Part shown: positions 1-11,019 of the stretch, in pieces | Position numbering within the stretch: the stretch's first letter is position 1 | Layout: every line of letters begins with the position of its first letter | Origin: Neoechinorhynchus agilis | Lineage: Eukaryota > Animalia > Acanthocephala | Assembly (NCBI GenBank): GCA_051530055.1 | Contig: JBMGUZ010000014.1 | Coordinates: 1-57,940 of the forward strand | Length of the DNA stretch: 57,940 nt | Direction: 5' to 3' | The notes under the pieces: model-generated | The model's database searches: none | What the model saw: only the letters and a program-made list of their open reading frames with translations | Told to the model about the DNA's origin: nothing | Program-made: the position numbers and the translations under genes

Positions 1-1
1 T

Positions 2-3000
2 ATTCCTCAACACAACGACATCGTAAATCAACAGCATTTTCAACAGCAAATCGAAATTGACTACAACGTTGACCCTGACGTACCTCAAAACAATCGTCAA
101 CACCTTGAAATCAATGAAGCGCATTATAAGTCAACAAATGGAAAGAATTTACAGTCAAATGAAGGTTTGGCCAGTACTGAACAACTGCAAGCACCGAACA
201 CAAACTGCGACGCAATCAATACAAACTTTCCATCGTCGAAATCCATCATACTAAACTACGTCGCGCGCTCAGATTCTCCCTTGGAATGTGGCTTATGCTT
301 TGCTTGGTTTGTTGGTAACTCGAGAGTAAAATCGCTCGAACAACATTTGATCTCTTCCCATGGAATCGACGCAATTACTTGGCGATGTCCTCTCTGCTTA
401 AAATACGAACACAAAGAAACGCGAAGTATCGGAACGCACGTCAGATCTTGTTCAAAGAAATTTCCGGCTAGATATCGTGAGTTAAGCAGCAATTCCTCTC
501 CTTCAGCCGCTTCAAAAGATTTTCGATCTGTCTCCGTTGGACGCTTTGCGTACTGCGGAATTGATGAAGATTTTGTATCGTGCGATGTCTGTGGTCTGAA
601 GATCTACGGTTTGGGTCTTTGCAAGGCAATGGTCGACCACCTGAAGAAGGATCATAAATCGTCGGTTGTGGAAATAAAATGCGGCTTGTGCGATAACAGA
701 TATACTGACGTCGTGTCCGCTCGCAGTCACGTCAACCAATGCAGAAAAAAAGATGCCCTGAATAAAATGAACATAAATGCCGAGAAAATTACATCAAAAA
801 ATGCTAGCTCAAGAGATGCGACGTCAGAAGATACTACCTCAAAAGGTATTACCTCAGAAGCTACTACCTCAAAAGATTCTACCTCAAAAGATTCTACCTC
901 AAAAGATTCTACCTCAAAAGATACTACCTCAGTTTTACCTCGGACCGCAGAGGGTACAATCAAAGGTGACGACGCTGGCTGTATCAGCCGGATAATTCTC
1001 GAATCTGAATCAAGTTGCGGAAGTGTTCAGGCTTTTAATGCCGAAAACTACAACCCTTCGAGCCTCTTGTTTAATGATTATGGATCGGGAGTCGGCGATG
1101 TCTCGTTTCATAGTGGAAATGTTGCAACTTCGCAATCTTATCCGCCCCATGACATAAAAGTATGTACCGCGTTGCAGCAAACATCTTTTGCGGAAGAAGA
1201 AGTTGAATGCCAATCTGCATCTACCTTTACCGTCTCGGCGTGCTACGAATTCGTCCTTAATGTACTGGAGGAACGTGCTTTGCACCCACGGTATCAAAAC
1301 TTTCTTCGTGGTCTAGCAGCAGAACTACGAGACCATCCTGAACCAGTAACACAAGAGCTTATGGACTCTATTGCCGGGAAATACGAAGCTTACCTAAGAT
1401 GCGGCCGAACGCTAATGACCAATCATTCCAGATCAACGAAAGCAAAGAATATGGGCCTTCGGATTGTTAAACTGAAAGTCGGACCTCAAATGGTACTAAA
1501 CGCAATTGCCTTCCATGTTTTCGACAATCCCGCGCAGGCGCATATTGTACTCCGGCGGATCTTGGACAACATAGGACAAAACACTGAGTACTATTCTGCT
1601 ATCATGACGCGCGTAGACGATGCCAATGTTAGTTTACAGTGTATCGTAGACAACCTTAAGAAGGGTCGGATATTGTCTCCTATATTCTGCATGTGGGCAG
1701 CGGCCTCAACTTTTAATTGCGATTTTCAAATTTTGACGCCATATGCCACGAAAATGAATGTTATTCGATCACGAACCGTCGCATCGAAGTCTTTTAATGT
1801 CTGGATGGAGGACTCGAAGCAATTCCCGTGCGTTAGGTGCAGGTTCTTGAATATTTCTCAACGACGTGCCATGAACAAGAAAAGAAATAGAGCTCTATAT
1901 TTCGCCAACACTACTCAACTTGCGAAGGAAACATTTGAAAATGTCTCATTGAACAGCTGCAAAATCCCCGCAAAAATGATAACCGACCATTTTGCCGGAC
2001 TGTTTCAAAGCATTGATACTTGCAAACAAAGTGAAGTCAACAGAAATAATGAACTCGCCAAATCAAACTGGAAGTGGATTGATGCAGAGGAAATCAAGAC
2101 CGCCCAAAGGAACATAAAGACATCCAGCGCACTTGGACCAGACAAGATAAGTTGTCGGCAGGTAATGGCTTTTGACCCTCACGTTGTTGGTCTCGTCTTG
2201 ATTTACAATATGGCCATGGAGGTAGGTGGACCACCTAAGGCATGGAAAGAAAATCGAACAATATTGATACCAAAAAATGGTGCGGACGAGAAGGCACTAA
2301 AGTGTGTTAACGGTTGGCGGCCTATTACGATTTCATCTGTGCTCATGAGAATCATGCACAGAATCTTGCTTGCACGTCTCCGGCAGGAGATAGACCTTGA
2401 TGTCAGTCAAACGTGCTTTGATGTGGAAGCCTGCCACTCAAACTTACTTACGATTCGAGCGCTACTTCGGCAATCCAGAGCTGTTAAAAGATCAATTGCC
2501 ATGGCCATCCTTGATGTAAAGTCAGCGTTTGACACCATCTCACACGATTCACTAAGAAATGCGTTATGCCGAACAATTAAGGATGCAGCGACAAAAGAGT
2601 ATATATTAAATGCATTTTCGAGCAGCCACACTAAAATTTATACTTCTACTGGTCCTCCCTCGGAGCCCATACACTTCAACCGAGGCGTGAAGCAAGGAGA
2701 TCCACTTTCGCCATTTCTCTTCGCCCTATGCATTGACGAAGTTCTGCGAAAGGTCCGAGAAAGTAGAGCAGGTTACGTCGAGGGCGCCACGTATATTCCT
2801 GCAATTGTATACGCGGACGACATATTGTTAATCGGAAACGATCAAGAAGAGCTGCAGTCTATGATTAACGTTGTCTCAGAGGAATTAAAGCACAAAGGTC
2901 TGCTTCTGTCGCCAAAAAAATGTCGAACCTACATTCAGAACTATCAGCGTGGGAAGTTGTCTGAGGAGGTAACGGCTTCTGTCAAATTAGAAGGCACTTT

Positions 3001-4213
3001 GTTGGAATGCATAACCGAAGGAGACACAATTCAATACCTTGGAGGTACACCATGGGCAAAATGTTCAAAAGAGTCCATATGTCAAATGATTGACGAACTT
3101 GCGTTTCGCACAAAACAGGCCCAATTAAACCCAACGCAAGCGGTCCACTTATTAAATGACTATGGAATTCCTCGTGTAATCGCGCAGCTGCAAAATGCCC
3201 ATGACCTTTCGACAACGTGCTTAAGTCAAATCGACCAGTATTGGCGCAAGACGATTAAAAAGATTCTATTCTTGCCAGCTTACATAAACAATGGAGCCTT
3301 TCATCTTCCTCTCAATCAAGGCGGTATGGGATTTAGAGGAATCGAACACGAGGTTTTGAGCAGCAGGAAAAAGGCTCACTCAACGGTTACTGGAAAGTAC
3401 CCCGAACTAAACCACCACATCAAAGGAGGCGAGAATATTTCGACATATGAGAGTTCGGCTGAGCGAGGTGCTAACTTGAAGAAGGCCTGGGAAGGGGCCG
3501 CGACTCAATCTCTAGGTGCTCAACACTTCTGGGATGGAAACTTCGATCGCCGCCTGATCAGTTTCAGGTATCGTCAAAGCCGCCACAAGGAATACGTCGA
3601 AAACGTAAAGATGCGATACCAGCTTCTAGAGGTTGGTACAGTGCTTTCCAAGCTGGACAAAAATAGAACGAGGAAATGCCGACATTGTTGCGCAGCAGAT
3701 GAATCGTGCCTTCACGTGCTTAATGAATGCAACTACATCACGAGGGCAATGATATCACGTCATGATGCAGTGCAAAAGCGTCTCGTTTGGGCGATTAAAA
3801 GACGAAATCCTGCTTTTGAAGTCATGACCGAAAACAGAATACATGATCCTGGGGGAAATCTACACAAACCCGACCTCATCATTGTTGATCGGGAAAATGG
3901 CAGGATAACAATTGCCGACATCGCAATCTACTACGAAACGAACATCAATCGTGGAGAGGAAATAACAAAACAAAAAGAAGAAAAGTACCTCCCCATTTGC
4001 GATGTAGTAGCTGCGCAATACAACGTAGAGGAACGCAACGTAGAAACGCTAGGCATTGCAGTCGGCTCAAGAGGTAGCTTTTCAAAAACATTATTAAAAA
4101 GACTGCGTTCACTCAATTTAAACACTGGGTGCGCAATAAATATGTGCCGCACCGCTGCCGAAAAGAGTCTTCAAGTGTATCATACATTTATGGGACGAAA
4201 GCAAACCAAGTAA
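2..4213 (+). CDS. R2-like polyprotein (>=1403 aa): 4 zinc fingers, OTU-like domain, RT, CCHC knuckle, restriction-like endonuclease
   Basis: The track ORF 167-4213 frame is also open from base 2, so the true start is upstream. Motifs: CGLC..H....H, CPLC..H...C, CDVC..H....H, CGLC..H...C; WRPITISS; LDVKSAFD; QGDPLSP; YADD; YLG; CRHC..H....C; RHD; KPDLII..ADIAI; KEEKY. Confidence 0.95.
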   Translation: MPQHNDIVNQQHFQQQIEIDYNVDPDVPQNNRQHLEINEAHYKSTNGKNLQSNEGLASTEQLQAPNTNCDAINTNFPSSKSIILNYVARSDSPLECGLCFAWFVGNSRVKSLEQHLISSHGIDAITWRCPLCLKYEHKETRSIGTHVRSCSKKFPARYRELSSNSSPSAASKDFRSVSVGRFAYCGIDEDFVSCDVCGLKIYGLGLCKAMVDHLKKDHKSSVVEIKCGLCDNRYTDVVSARSHVNQCRKKDALNKMNINAEKITSKNASSRDATSEDTTSKGITSEATTSKDSTSKDSTSKDSTSKDTTSVLPRTAEGTIKGDDAGCISRIILESESSCGSVQAFNAENYNPSSLLFNDYGSGVGDVSFHSGNVATSQSYPPHDIKVCTALQQTSFAEEEVECQSASTFTVSACYEFVLNVLEERALHPRYQNFLRGLAAELRDHPEPVTQELMDSIAGKYEAYLRCGRTLMTNHSRSTKAKNMGLRIVKLKVGPQMVLNAIAFHVFDNPAQAHIVLRRILDNIGQNTEYYSAIMTRVDDANVSLQCIVDNLKKGRILSPIFCMWAAASTFNCDFQILTPYATKMNVIRSRTVASKSFNVWMEDSKQFPCVRCRFLNISQRRAMNKKRNRALYFANTTQLAKETFENVSLNSCKIPAKMITDHFAGLFQSIDTCKQSEVNRNNELAKSNWKWIDAEEIKTAQRNIKTSSALGPDKISCRQVMAFDPHVVGLVLIYNMAMEVGGPPKAWKENRTILIPKNGADEKALKCVNGWRPITISSVLMRIMHRILLARLRQEIDLDVSQTCFDVEACHSNLLTIRALLRQSRAVKRSIAMAILDVKSAFDTISHDSLRNALCRTIKDAATKEYILNAFSSSHTKIYTSTGPPSEPIHFNRGVKQGDPLSPFLFALCIDEVLRKVRESRAGYVEGATYIPAIVYADDILLIGNDQEELQSMINVVSEELKHKGLLLSPKKCRTYIQNYQRGKLSEEVTASVKLEGTLLECITEGDTIQYLGGTPWAKCSKESICQMIDELAFRTKQAQLNPTQAVHLLNDYGIPRVIAQLQNAHDLSTTCLSQIDQYWRKTIKKILFLPAYINNGAFHLPLNQGGMGFRGIEHEVLSSRKKAHSTVTGKYPELNHHIKGGENISTYESSAERGANLKKAWEGAATQSLGAQHFWDGNFDRRLISFRYRQSRHKEYVENVKMRYQLLEVGTVLSKLDKNRTRKCRHCCAADESCLHVLNECNYITRAMISRHDAVQKRLVWAIKRRNPAFEVMTENRIHDPGGNLHKPDLIIVDRENGRITIADIAIYYETNINRGEEITKQKEEKYLPICDVVAAQYNVEERNVETLGIAVGSRGSFSKTLLKRLRSLNLNTGCAINMCRTAAEKSLQVYHTFMGRKQTK
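800..930 (+). repeat. 15-bp coding minisatellite (ACCTCAAAAGATTCT; TSKDS repeats) in the Ser/Thr-rich linker
   Basis: Tandem acctcaaaagattct units visible; protein reads TSKDSTSKDSTSKDTTS. Confidence 0.9.
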
Positions 4214-4315
4214 CAGAATATACAAACTAAGATTGAACAAAAAGAAGGACTATAAAGTATAAAATTGATACAATTTTGAATGCTGAGTGATTTATTTTAC
4301 TAATAAATTTGTGAC

Positions 4316-4430
4316 GCCAAATGCCTCGTCATCTAATTAGTGACGTGCATGAATGAATTAATGAGATTCCTACTGTCCCTGTCTGTAGCCTAGCGAAACT
4401 ACAGCCAAGGGTTCGGGCTTGGAGAGTAAC

Positions 4431-4468
<38 letters not shown>

Positions 4469-4548
4469 AGTCTGTGAAGAAACATGATGGGCGTAGAATA
4501 GGTGGGAGGCCGCTCCGGTGAAATACCACTACCATCATTGTTTCTTTA
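4316..4548 (+). rRNA. 28S: 28S rRNA fragment (~233 bp) starting at the R2 site
   Basis: GCCAAATGCCTCGTCATCTAATTAGTGACG...GAAGACCCTGTTGAGCTTGACTCTAG...GGTGAAATACCACTAC; breaks after TTTCTTTA. Confidence 0.95.
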
Positions 4549-6055
4549 TAAATAGTAATGTAAATTCAGTCAATTTTAACGATTTCAATAGCTTCAGTTT
4601 TATTGGCATTCTCGAAGGAGAAAGTAAATGGCTTGCATCGTTTATGAGAGATCTAGGCAAAAGCGGCGTTAACGCAGAGTACGAAAAAAAATGGGCGGAG
4701 GCAAAAACACAGGCAAACGGATATCAGGCCTTTACCAACGGATTCGCAGACCCAAATGCTATCATTCAGATACAGACAGGGCCATCACAGGCAATACACG
4801 GAATTGATAAAAATGCGAGCTGACTTAGAGGTTGGTGCCGTTATGGCAAGGATCTCAAACAATAGGACAAAAGCCTGTCGCCATTGCGCCCATCAAACAG
4901 AACGTGCTTGCACGTAATTAATCAGTGTGACTTCTCGACGGAAGCAATGATTAAAAGACACGACGACGTCGTGAGTCTTTATAGGCGCACTAAATGCAGT
5001 TGAAGCAAAATCCGCCAAAAGAGATTCAATCCGAGGCATCAGTTACACTGTCGATAGAAAAAATCACATTATGGACGACGGCGGCAACTTACACAAGTCC
5101 GACCTCATTGTGAGGACAAACATAAATGATCACAGATAGTGGTGATGTGGCGGTCTACTACGAGACCTCATTGGAACAAGCAGCAGTTATGGCGAAGATC
5201 ATATTTTGTTAGTCAGTAAGTGATAAGGCCGACTTTAACAAGCTCGATGTTGCGGTTACAGAATTGCGAAGTATCGGATTGTCCTTCAATCCAGCAAAAT
5301 GCGTTTCGTACAGCCACAGATTTTGTCAAGGCTCCAAGTCTCGGCCTCAAAATTATAAAGCTAAAGAAAAATTCAACAATGGTACTGGTGACCGCCGCCT
5401 TTCTCGTCCTCGAGAAACCTAGACAAAGGAGGAGAGTAAAAGACCGCAGCTTGGACCCTGTTTCACTTCATATAGTAAAAATGATTCTTGATGCTAATCT
5501 AACAGTAAATGAGACACTGGATGCTACTAAAAATTACAACGAACTATCAGTTCACTTCATCTTGAGGGCCGCAGCGACTGCCTATCAATGCGATTTTGTC
5601 GGGCAAACTCCAAGCGACGGTGTTCCTCTTCGAATTCGATCTCGCACAGCCACAAATTCATCATTTGGATTAATGAGTCAGGTACTTATCCCTGCGAAAG
5701 TTCTCGAGACCTCAAATCAAAGCAGTGACACGACCCTATTAAAAGACGTTAACCTTCTAAACGACTATGCAATTCCATCCTTAATGGTTAAGCTCGAAGC
5801 CTCATGCGACATCGCCCCGCTAATCTCAGACGTAAAGACGAGCAATGGAGGTGCAGACTAAAGAAGATTCTTAAACTTACAAGGAACTTAGGGGAAGGAG
5901 CTTTCGATGAGTGTGAGCTGAGTCTAATCTCGCCAAGTAATGCTTTAGTGTGGTAGATGAATAAAGCGAAAATAACTTCCATTCAAGGTACAGATGCTTT
6001 CTGGAGACGGAGAGCGATATCCTCCATCGATCAGAAGGCTCCATTGATAGGGAAA
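4549..6055 (+). pseudogene. Scrambled R2-like cassette (family D), copy 1
   Basis: Fragments in the order linker-CCHC-RLE, RT motifs 5-7, OTU-like, thumb (LLNDYAIP), HPRY-type helix; frameshifted. Confidence 0.85.
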
Positions 6056-6625
6056 AATACGTTTCCAACAAATTACTTACGTTCACAGTCGCTCAAAGAT
6101 GCCTTCATAAGCCCATAGCTGCAAAATCGCTCATTTCATAGGCGAACAAAAAAGAACGATACAGGAACATGGATGCAGCTATAGGAAACAGGCAGCAATT
6201 TATAATGTGCAGAAAACGAAAGAATTATTGTTTGCGTAATCATTTGGCGCGCGTTTAAATTTTTATCACTGTTTTTTAATCGAAAAATAATTTATGAGGA
6301 GTAACCATGTAATGTGCTTTTCGAAAGTCTTTTTAAATCAACTGCGATTTTAATCGTCTTCTTAAGTGCTTTTTAATGTTCATTGTTGAATTGACGGAAA
6401 GTTTTAAGTTTCTCAAATGAAAATTTACAATCGATTTTTAAAGCTGGTAGAATATAAAATTCAATCAGATGAATCGATTAGTGCCGTAATTAGATACGTT
6501 AAAAACCACTACGTTTTGAAAATGGATACAGCATCCAAAAATTTGCAACCTATCTTTGCCGTGGAGAATGACAAGCGGCCACCTTATCTTAAAAAGGTTC
6601 ACTTAATCTCGGAGAAGAGATCCCA
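6055..6625 (+). repeat. Dispersed AT-rich repeat X, copy 1
   Basis: Near-identical at 23790-24430 (-) and 50940-51640 (+); diverged paralogs at 19390-19930 (+) and 10445-11020 (-). Confidence 0.75.
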
Positions 6626-7049
6626 GTAAGGGCTAGGCATAGCATATGAGCTACGACGTGAATGAGTGCTTATAAATGACGTCAGTCGAAGCTCTCGGAA
6701 CCCGCTAAGAATTGATGACTAGATTTGTTGTCGACGTTTCGTGAAATTAACTACATCATTGAAAGTTAAAAAGTGCTGAACATTAGCTGATTGAACGTGT
6801 TTTGTTTCGATTGAATTGTATCATAAAAAGAGCCTTGTGACGCTAGCAAAATTACATTGCAGCACGATGTCAAAAACCTGCTGGGCATACATCAGAAAAA
6901 CAATTTAAGGGTTAGGCATAGTATATAAGCTATGACGCGCGGAAGGCTTGTTGATAACTTCAAGTAAAGCTCTCTTAGCGGGCAGAGAAGCTTTTAAAAC
7001 GTTCAATGATCCAATAACTTGAAAAATGAGCAACGTCCGCCGTTTATCC

Positions 7050-8345
7050 GTCATCAGTTTAAAAATAAGAACACGTACTCATGCAATATCTTCCAATTTT
7101 GGGAAAATAATAAACAGCAATACAGAAATCGACAGCAGCTTTTTATTCTTGCTTTAGTCTTTTCGTTGTTTTTAACAAAAACATGACGTCATCAGTTCAA
7201 AAATTAAAACACGTGATCATGCAATGTCTTCTGATTTTGAGAAAATGACAAACAGAAAAACATAAATCCACCGAAGTTTTTCAGTGCTGCTTCCTTTTCG
7301 TAGTTTATGTCGAAAGCATTACGTCATCAGTTTAAATATAGAACACATGATCATGCAATATTTTCATATTTATTGCAAATAACATGCAAGAAAACAGAGA
7401 TCGACTGCGGTGTTTTATTGGTGCTTTAGTTTTTTTCGTTTTTTACATCGAGAACATGACTCGATCGGCAAGAGAAACACGCCAATATCTTTTCTCATTT
7501 TGAGCAAATAACATACAGGAAAACAAAATTGAGCGCAGTATATTATTGCTCCTTTACTTTTCTCGTTGTTTACATCGAAACCAAGTTACCTCCGCTGTTT
7601 GCTCGTTGCAAAAAACGTCATCTGTTTAAAAATTGAAAAGGTGCTCATCCAATATCTTCTGATTTATAGCAAATAACATACAGGAAAACAGAAATCGACG
7701 GCAGTGTTTTATTGGTTTATTTTTTCGTTGTTTGTGTCGAAAACTTGACGTCATCTGCTTAAAAATTAGAACCTATGCTCATGAGATATCTACTGATTTT
7801 GAGCAAATAACACAAAGGAAAACAGAATTCGACTGCGGTATTTTGTTGCTGCATTTTTGGTTGTTTGTATTGAAAACACGTTGAATCATAAATGGTTCAC
7901 CATTAAGGCAGCATTAGTTACGTCTGCCGCTTACTCGTATAAAAAAACGTAAAAAGTTCAAAAATTAACACACGTGCTCAAGCAATATCTTCTCATTTCC
8001 AGCAAACAACATAAAGGAAAACAGAAATCGACTGCAGCTTTTATTGTGCTTTAGTCTATTCGTTTTTATATCGAAAACATGACGTCATCAGCTTTAAAAT
8101 TAGAACACGTGCTCATGCAATATCTTCCGATTTCGAGCAAATGAGCAAATAACATACAGAAAATAATCCACTTAATCCACTGCAGTGTTTTATTTGTGGC
8201 TTTAGTTTTTTAGCTCTTTAAATCGTAAATATGACGTCATTAGCTTAAAAATTCGAATATGTGCTCATGACACATGATATATCCTCTGATCATGATCAAA
8301 TAACATACAGGAAAACAGAAATCGACTGCAGTGTTTTATTGCTAT
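7050..8345. repeat. Degenerate ~130-135 bp tandem array (~10 units)
   Basis: Recurrent GACGTCATCAG-TTTAAAAATTAGAACACGTG-CTCATGCAATATCTTC...GGAAAACAGAAATCGAC at ~7052, 7185, 7321, 7615, 7747, 8080, 8232. Confidence 0.85.
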
Positions 8346-9539
8346 GCGAACATAAAATCATCAAAGAAAAGCTTAAGATCTTTATGGAGCCGATTGGAAA
8401 GTGCAACAAAATATACTGTGTTTTGGATAGGCTTAGGGATAAGCTGATTTTAGGTAAAGATAAAATCAGATATTCAACACATTGTTTGATTCGGAGTTTC
8501 ATCTTAGCCACCCTGTTGGTTTTAATTACAAAAGTTATGTGGAATTATTGTTTAGGTCTACACCCGGTAAATGATTACTTATTAACGACGTTTCCAACCT
8601 CGTCGGCTTCATCTTCCGTTTGTTTGTTAACATGTCAGTGATGCATTAATTTTAAAATTTTGTGTTAGGTATTGGGAAGGCAGTAGATATAAAATAGGCG
8701 AAAGCGGCGAACACTGCGGTACTCCAGTAAGAGGATATTATAACGTTTTTGAGGTGGCATGGTCGTAATAGAAAGATTTCGTGAATTAACCCGGATGGGT
8801 ATGCTTGAGTTAAAAACTGCAATAAAAATAGGTTAGTACTGCGAATGAAGGTTATTGGAATAATTAACAGATCTTCTGCCGTTTTTAACCAGAAAAAGTC
8901 CGTGTCGATATATTGCATCCCTCTAAGCAAAGGGATAGCAATTGAGCACCAGTTTTGCAAAAAGTAACAGAATCCTGCGCCAGAAGACGAAAAAATTTGG
9001 GTGCCAGTGATGCTATTTGAAGAGGATAATTTTTGATTATCGGTCATACTCTTTTAGATGTCATTAAGAATCCGATCAGACGGATTGCTATTAGCCTGCG
9101 AAAACTATGGATGGCCTATTGCATTTAGCACAACTTAGTAAGTGAAATTCAAATACTGTACCAAGAATATTATCTAACGTGACGGATTTTTGACAGTTTG
9201 AAAGTTTCGGATTCTAGTTGGTGAAATTTGTCTTAGATAAAACGTTTCACAACCTAGGGGAAAAGTTTTTCACGGTTTCTAAAAAGCACTTTCATGTCTT
9301 TGTTGCTACCTGCATCTAGCAGTCCAGTGGCGTTTCTGGAAGGAACTTTATTGAGGAGAACGTCGTTACCCTGTTTAGCGAAGTATATTTATCACCTCAG
9401 AATACAAAAGGATCTGCTTTCACACGATCTAAAGTAGACATGTTCTGGTTTATAGGGATAGATGTTAGGCAGTCCTATGAATAAAGTTATTAATAAGAGG
9501 AGAACACACTTAAGATTAACCTGAGAAAAATTGAAGAGA

Positions 9540-10445
9540 TGTCCAGTGTTAGCTTATACGCAATGAGTCATTGGGTAGGCAGGACGATGGTGCAACGTCG
9601 TGTCTAGAAAGCTCAACAAAAATACTTGACTTTTGACTCGAAGTAAGAATATAATACCTCCTATGCACGAAGAGATCTATGAATGAATGAGTGTTGTTTG
9701 TGACCAATTAAAAAGAGAGATTCAGTGTTATCGTAAAGTCGAGATTTCTTACTGCGTTAACTATTGGTTTAATCGATTTAAGTGAGGGATCATTAAAATC
9801 TCCAACTATAACATCGATGTTAGATTTGAGAAGCCACTTAAGCTTATTTTTAGTGGAGGGACGCTGCGTAAAATCGGGTCTTATGTATAAGTTCACGATG
9901 GTAAATTGCTGCTTATTGAATAAAAAAATTAAAGAGGGAGTAACGAATGAAGAGATAACATTTGCATTGAGCGACAACTCAAAAATTGAAATGAGACCTG
10001 CCTGCCTTCTAGGCTCATACTCGGCTAAAGTCCTTTGGTGAGAAATTGAGCTCTTTGTTAAGTTGTGGAGACTGAAAATCTAATTGGGGAGCTTGGAATT
10101 TAGGAAGTCGCGAGAAAGGGAGAGCCATTTTTGGATTGTTAAATAGAACTTCATTCATTGCTCCACCTAAATGATTCGACGATTTGATGCTTTTTACGGG
10201 CTGGTTTTTGAATGAACGAACAAACGGGGTAACGGTCTAATATAACATTGATTGTTTATGCATTACCGGATTGAACTGGATAGTTAATACGTGTGATAAT
10301 CTTTTAATGGGATAGGAAAAAACAGGCATTCCGATTTACGTTTGAAAATGTCTATTGTGTAGGAGGTCCTTTGAGTTGGACATCCTTTTCAAGGAGCTGA
10401 TTTCTGTATTCGAATTGAGGAGAACGAGCAATTGCATTCTCTACT
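9540..10445 (-). pseudogene. APE endonuclease fragment of a LINE
   Basis: NLYIRPD...VIVGDFND and a downstream PSF...FID motif; aligns with the N-terminus of ORF 27419-29761. Confidence 0.75.
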
Positions 10446-11019
10446 CCGGGATTAAGTGAACCTTTTTAAGATAAGGTGTTCGTTTGTCATCGTCCGCTGC
10501 AAAGTTAGCTTGAATTTTTTTTGAAACTAAGTCCTTCTTCACCAAATCGTTACATCTGATTGAAAACATATTTTATATGCTGCAAGCTTTACAAATCGAT
10601 TATAAATTTTCATTCGGAGAAACTTAAAACTGCACTTTAATTCAATAATGAACATTTTTCACGCGATACCTTAAAAAGAATAAAATCCATGATAATTTAA
10701 AGACTTCGAGCAAGCAAACTACATTACTAATTGTCACAAATTATTTCGATTAAAAAATGATGATAAAAATTTAAATGTGCGCCAAATAATTTCACGAACT
10801 ATATTTCTTTCGTTTTTTGTACATTGTAAATAGGCATCTGTTTCCTTTCGCTGTTTGTACGTTCCGCGCATCGTTCTGTTTTGTTCGCTGATGAACTGAG
10901 CGATTTTGGAGCTGAAGGTTACTTTTAAACTTTGTACCGCGAACCTATGAAGGCATCTTAGAGCCTCAATGAACGTGAGTAATTCTTTGAAAATTATTGG
11001 AAACGTATTTTGCTTTATC

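Larger units (their letters stand above)
1..4315 (+). mobile_element. R2-like RLE non-LTR retrotransposon, family A, apparently intact; 5' end lies outside the window; 3' end joined to the 28S R2 site
   Basis: Single long ORF with zinc fingers, RT and RLE, then a ~100-bp 3' UTR ending AATAAATTTGTGAC directly followed by 28S GCCAAATGCCTCGTCATC. Confidence 0.95.

Noticed and set aside
727-995. KILPQ and FEVES repeat ORFs
   Set aside because: Alternative frames of the 15-bp minisatellite within the family A ORF.
8261-8641. 126-aa ORF recurring at 21745-22059 and 53683-53997
   Set aside because: Recurrence reflects segmental duplication; it starts in the tandem array, differs by frameshifts between copies and has no motif.
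8815-8845. TACTAAC branch point plus CAG acceptor on the minus strand
   Set aside because: No convincing donor or exon frame; the putative donor differs between copies.
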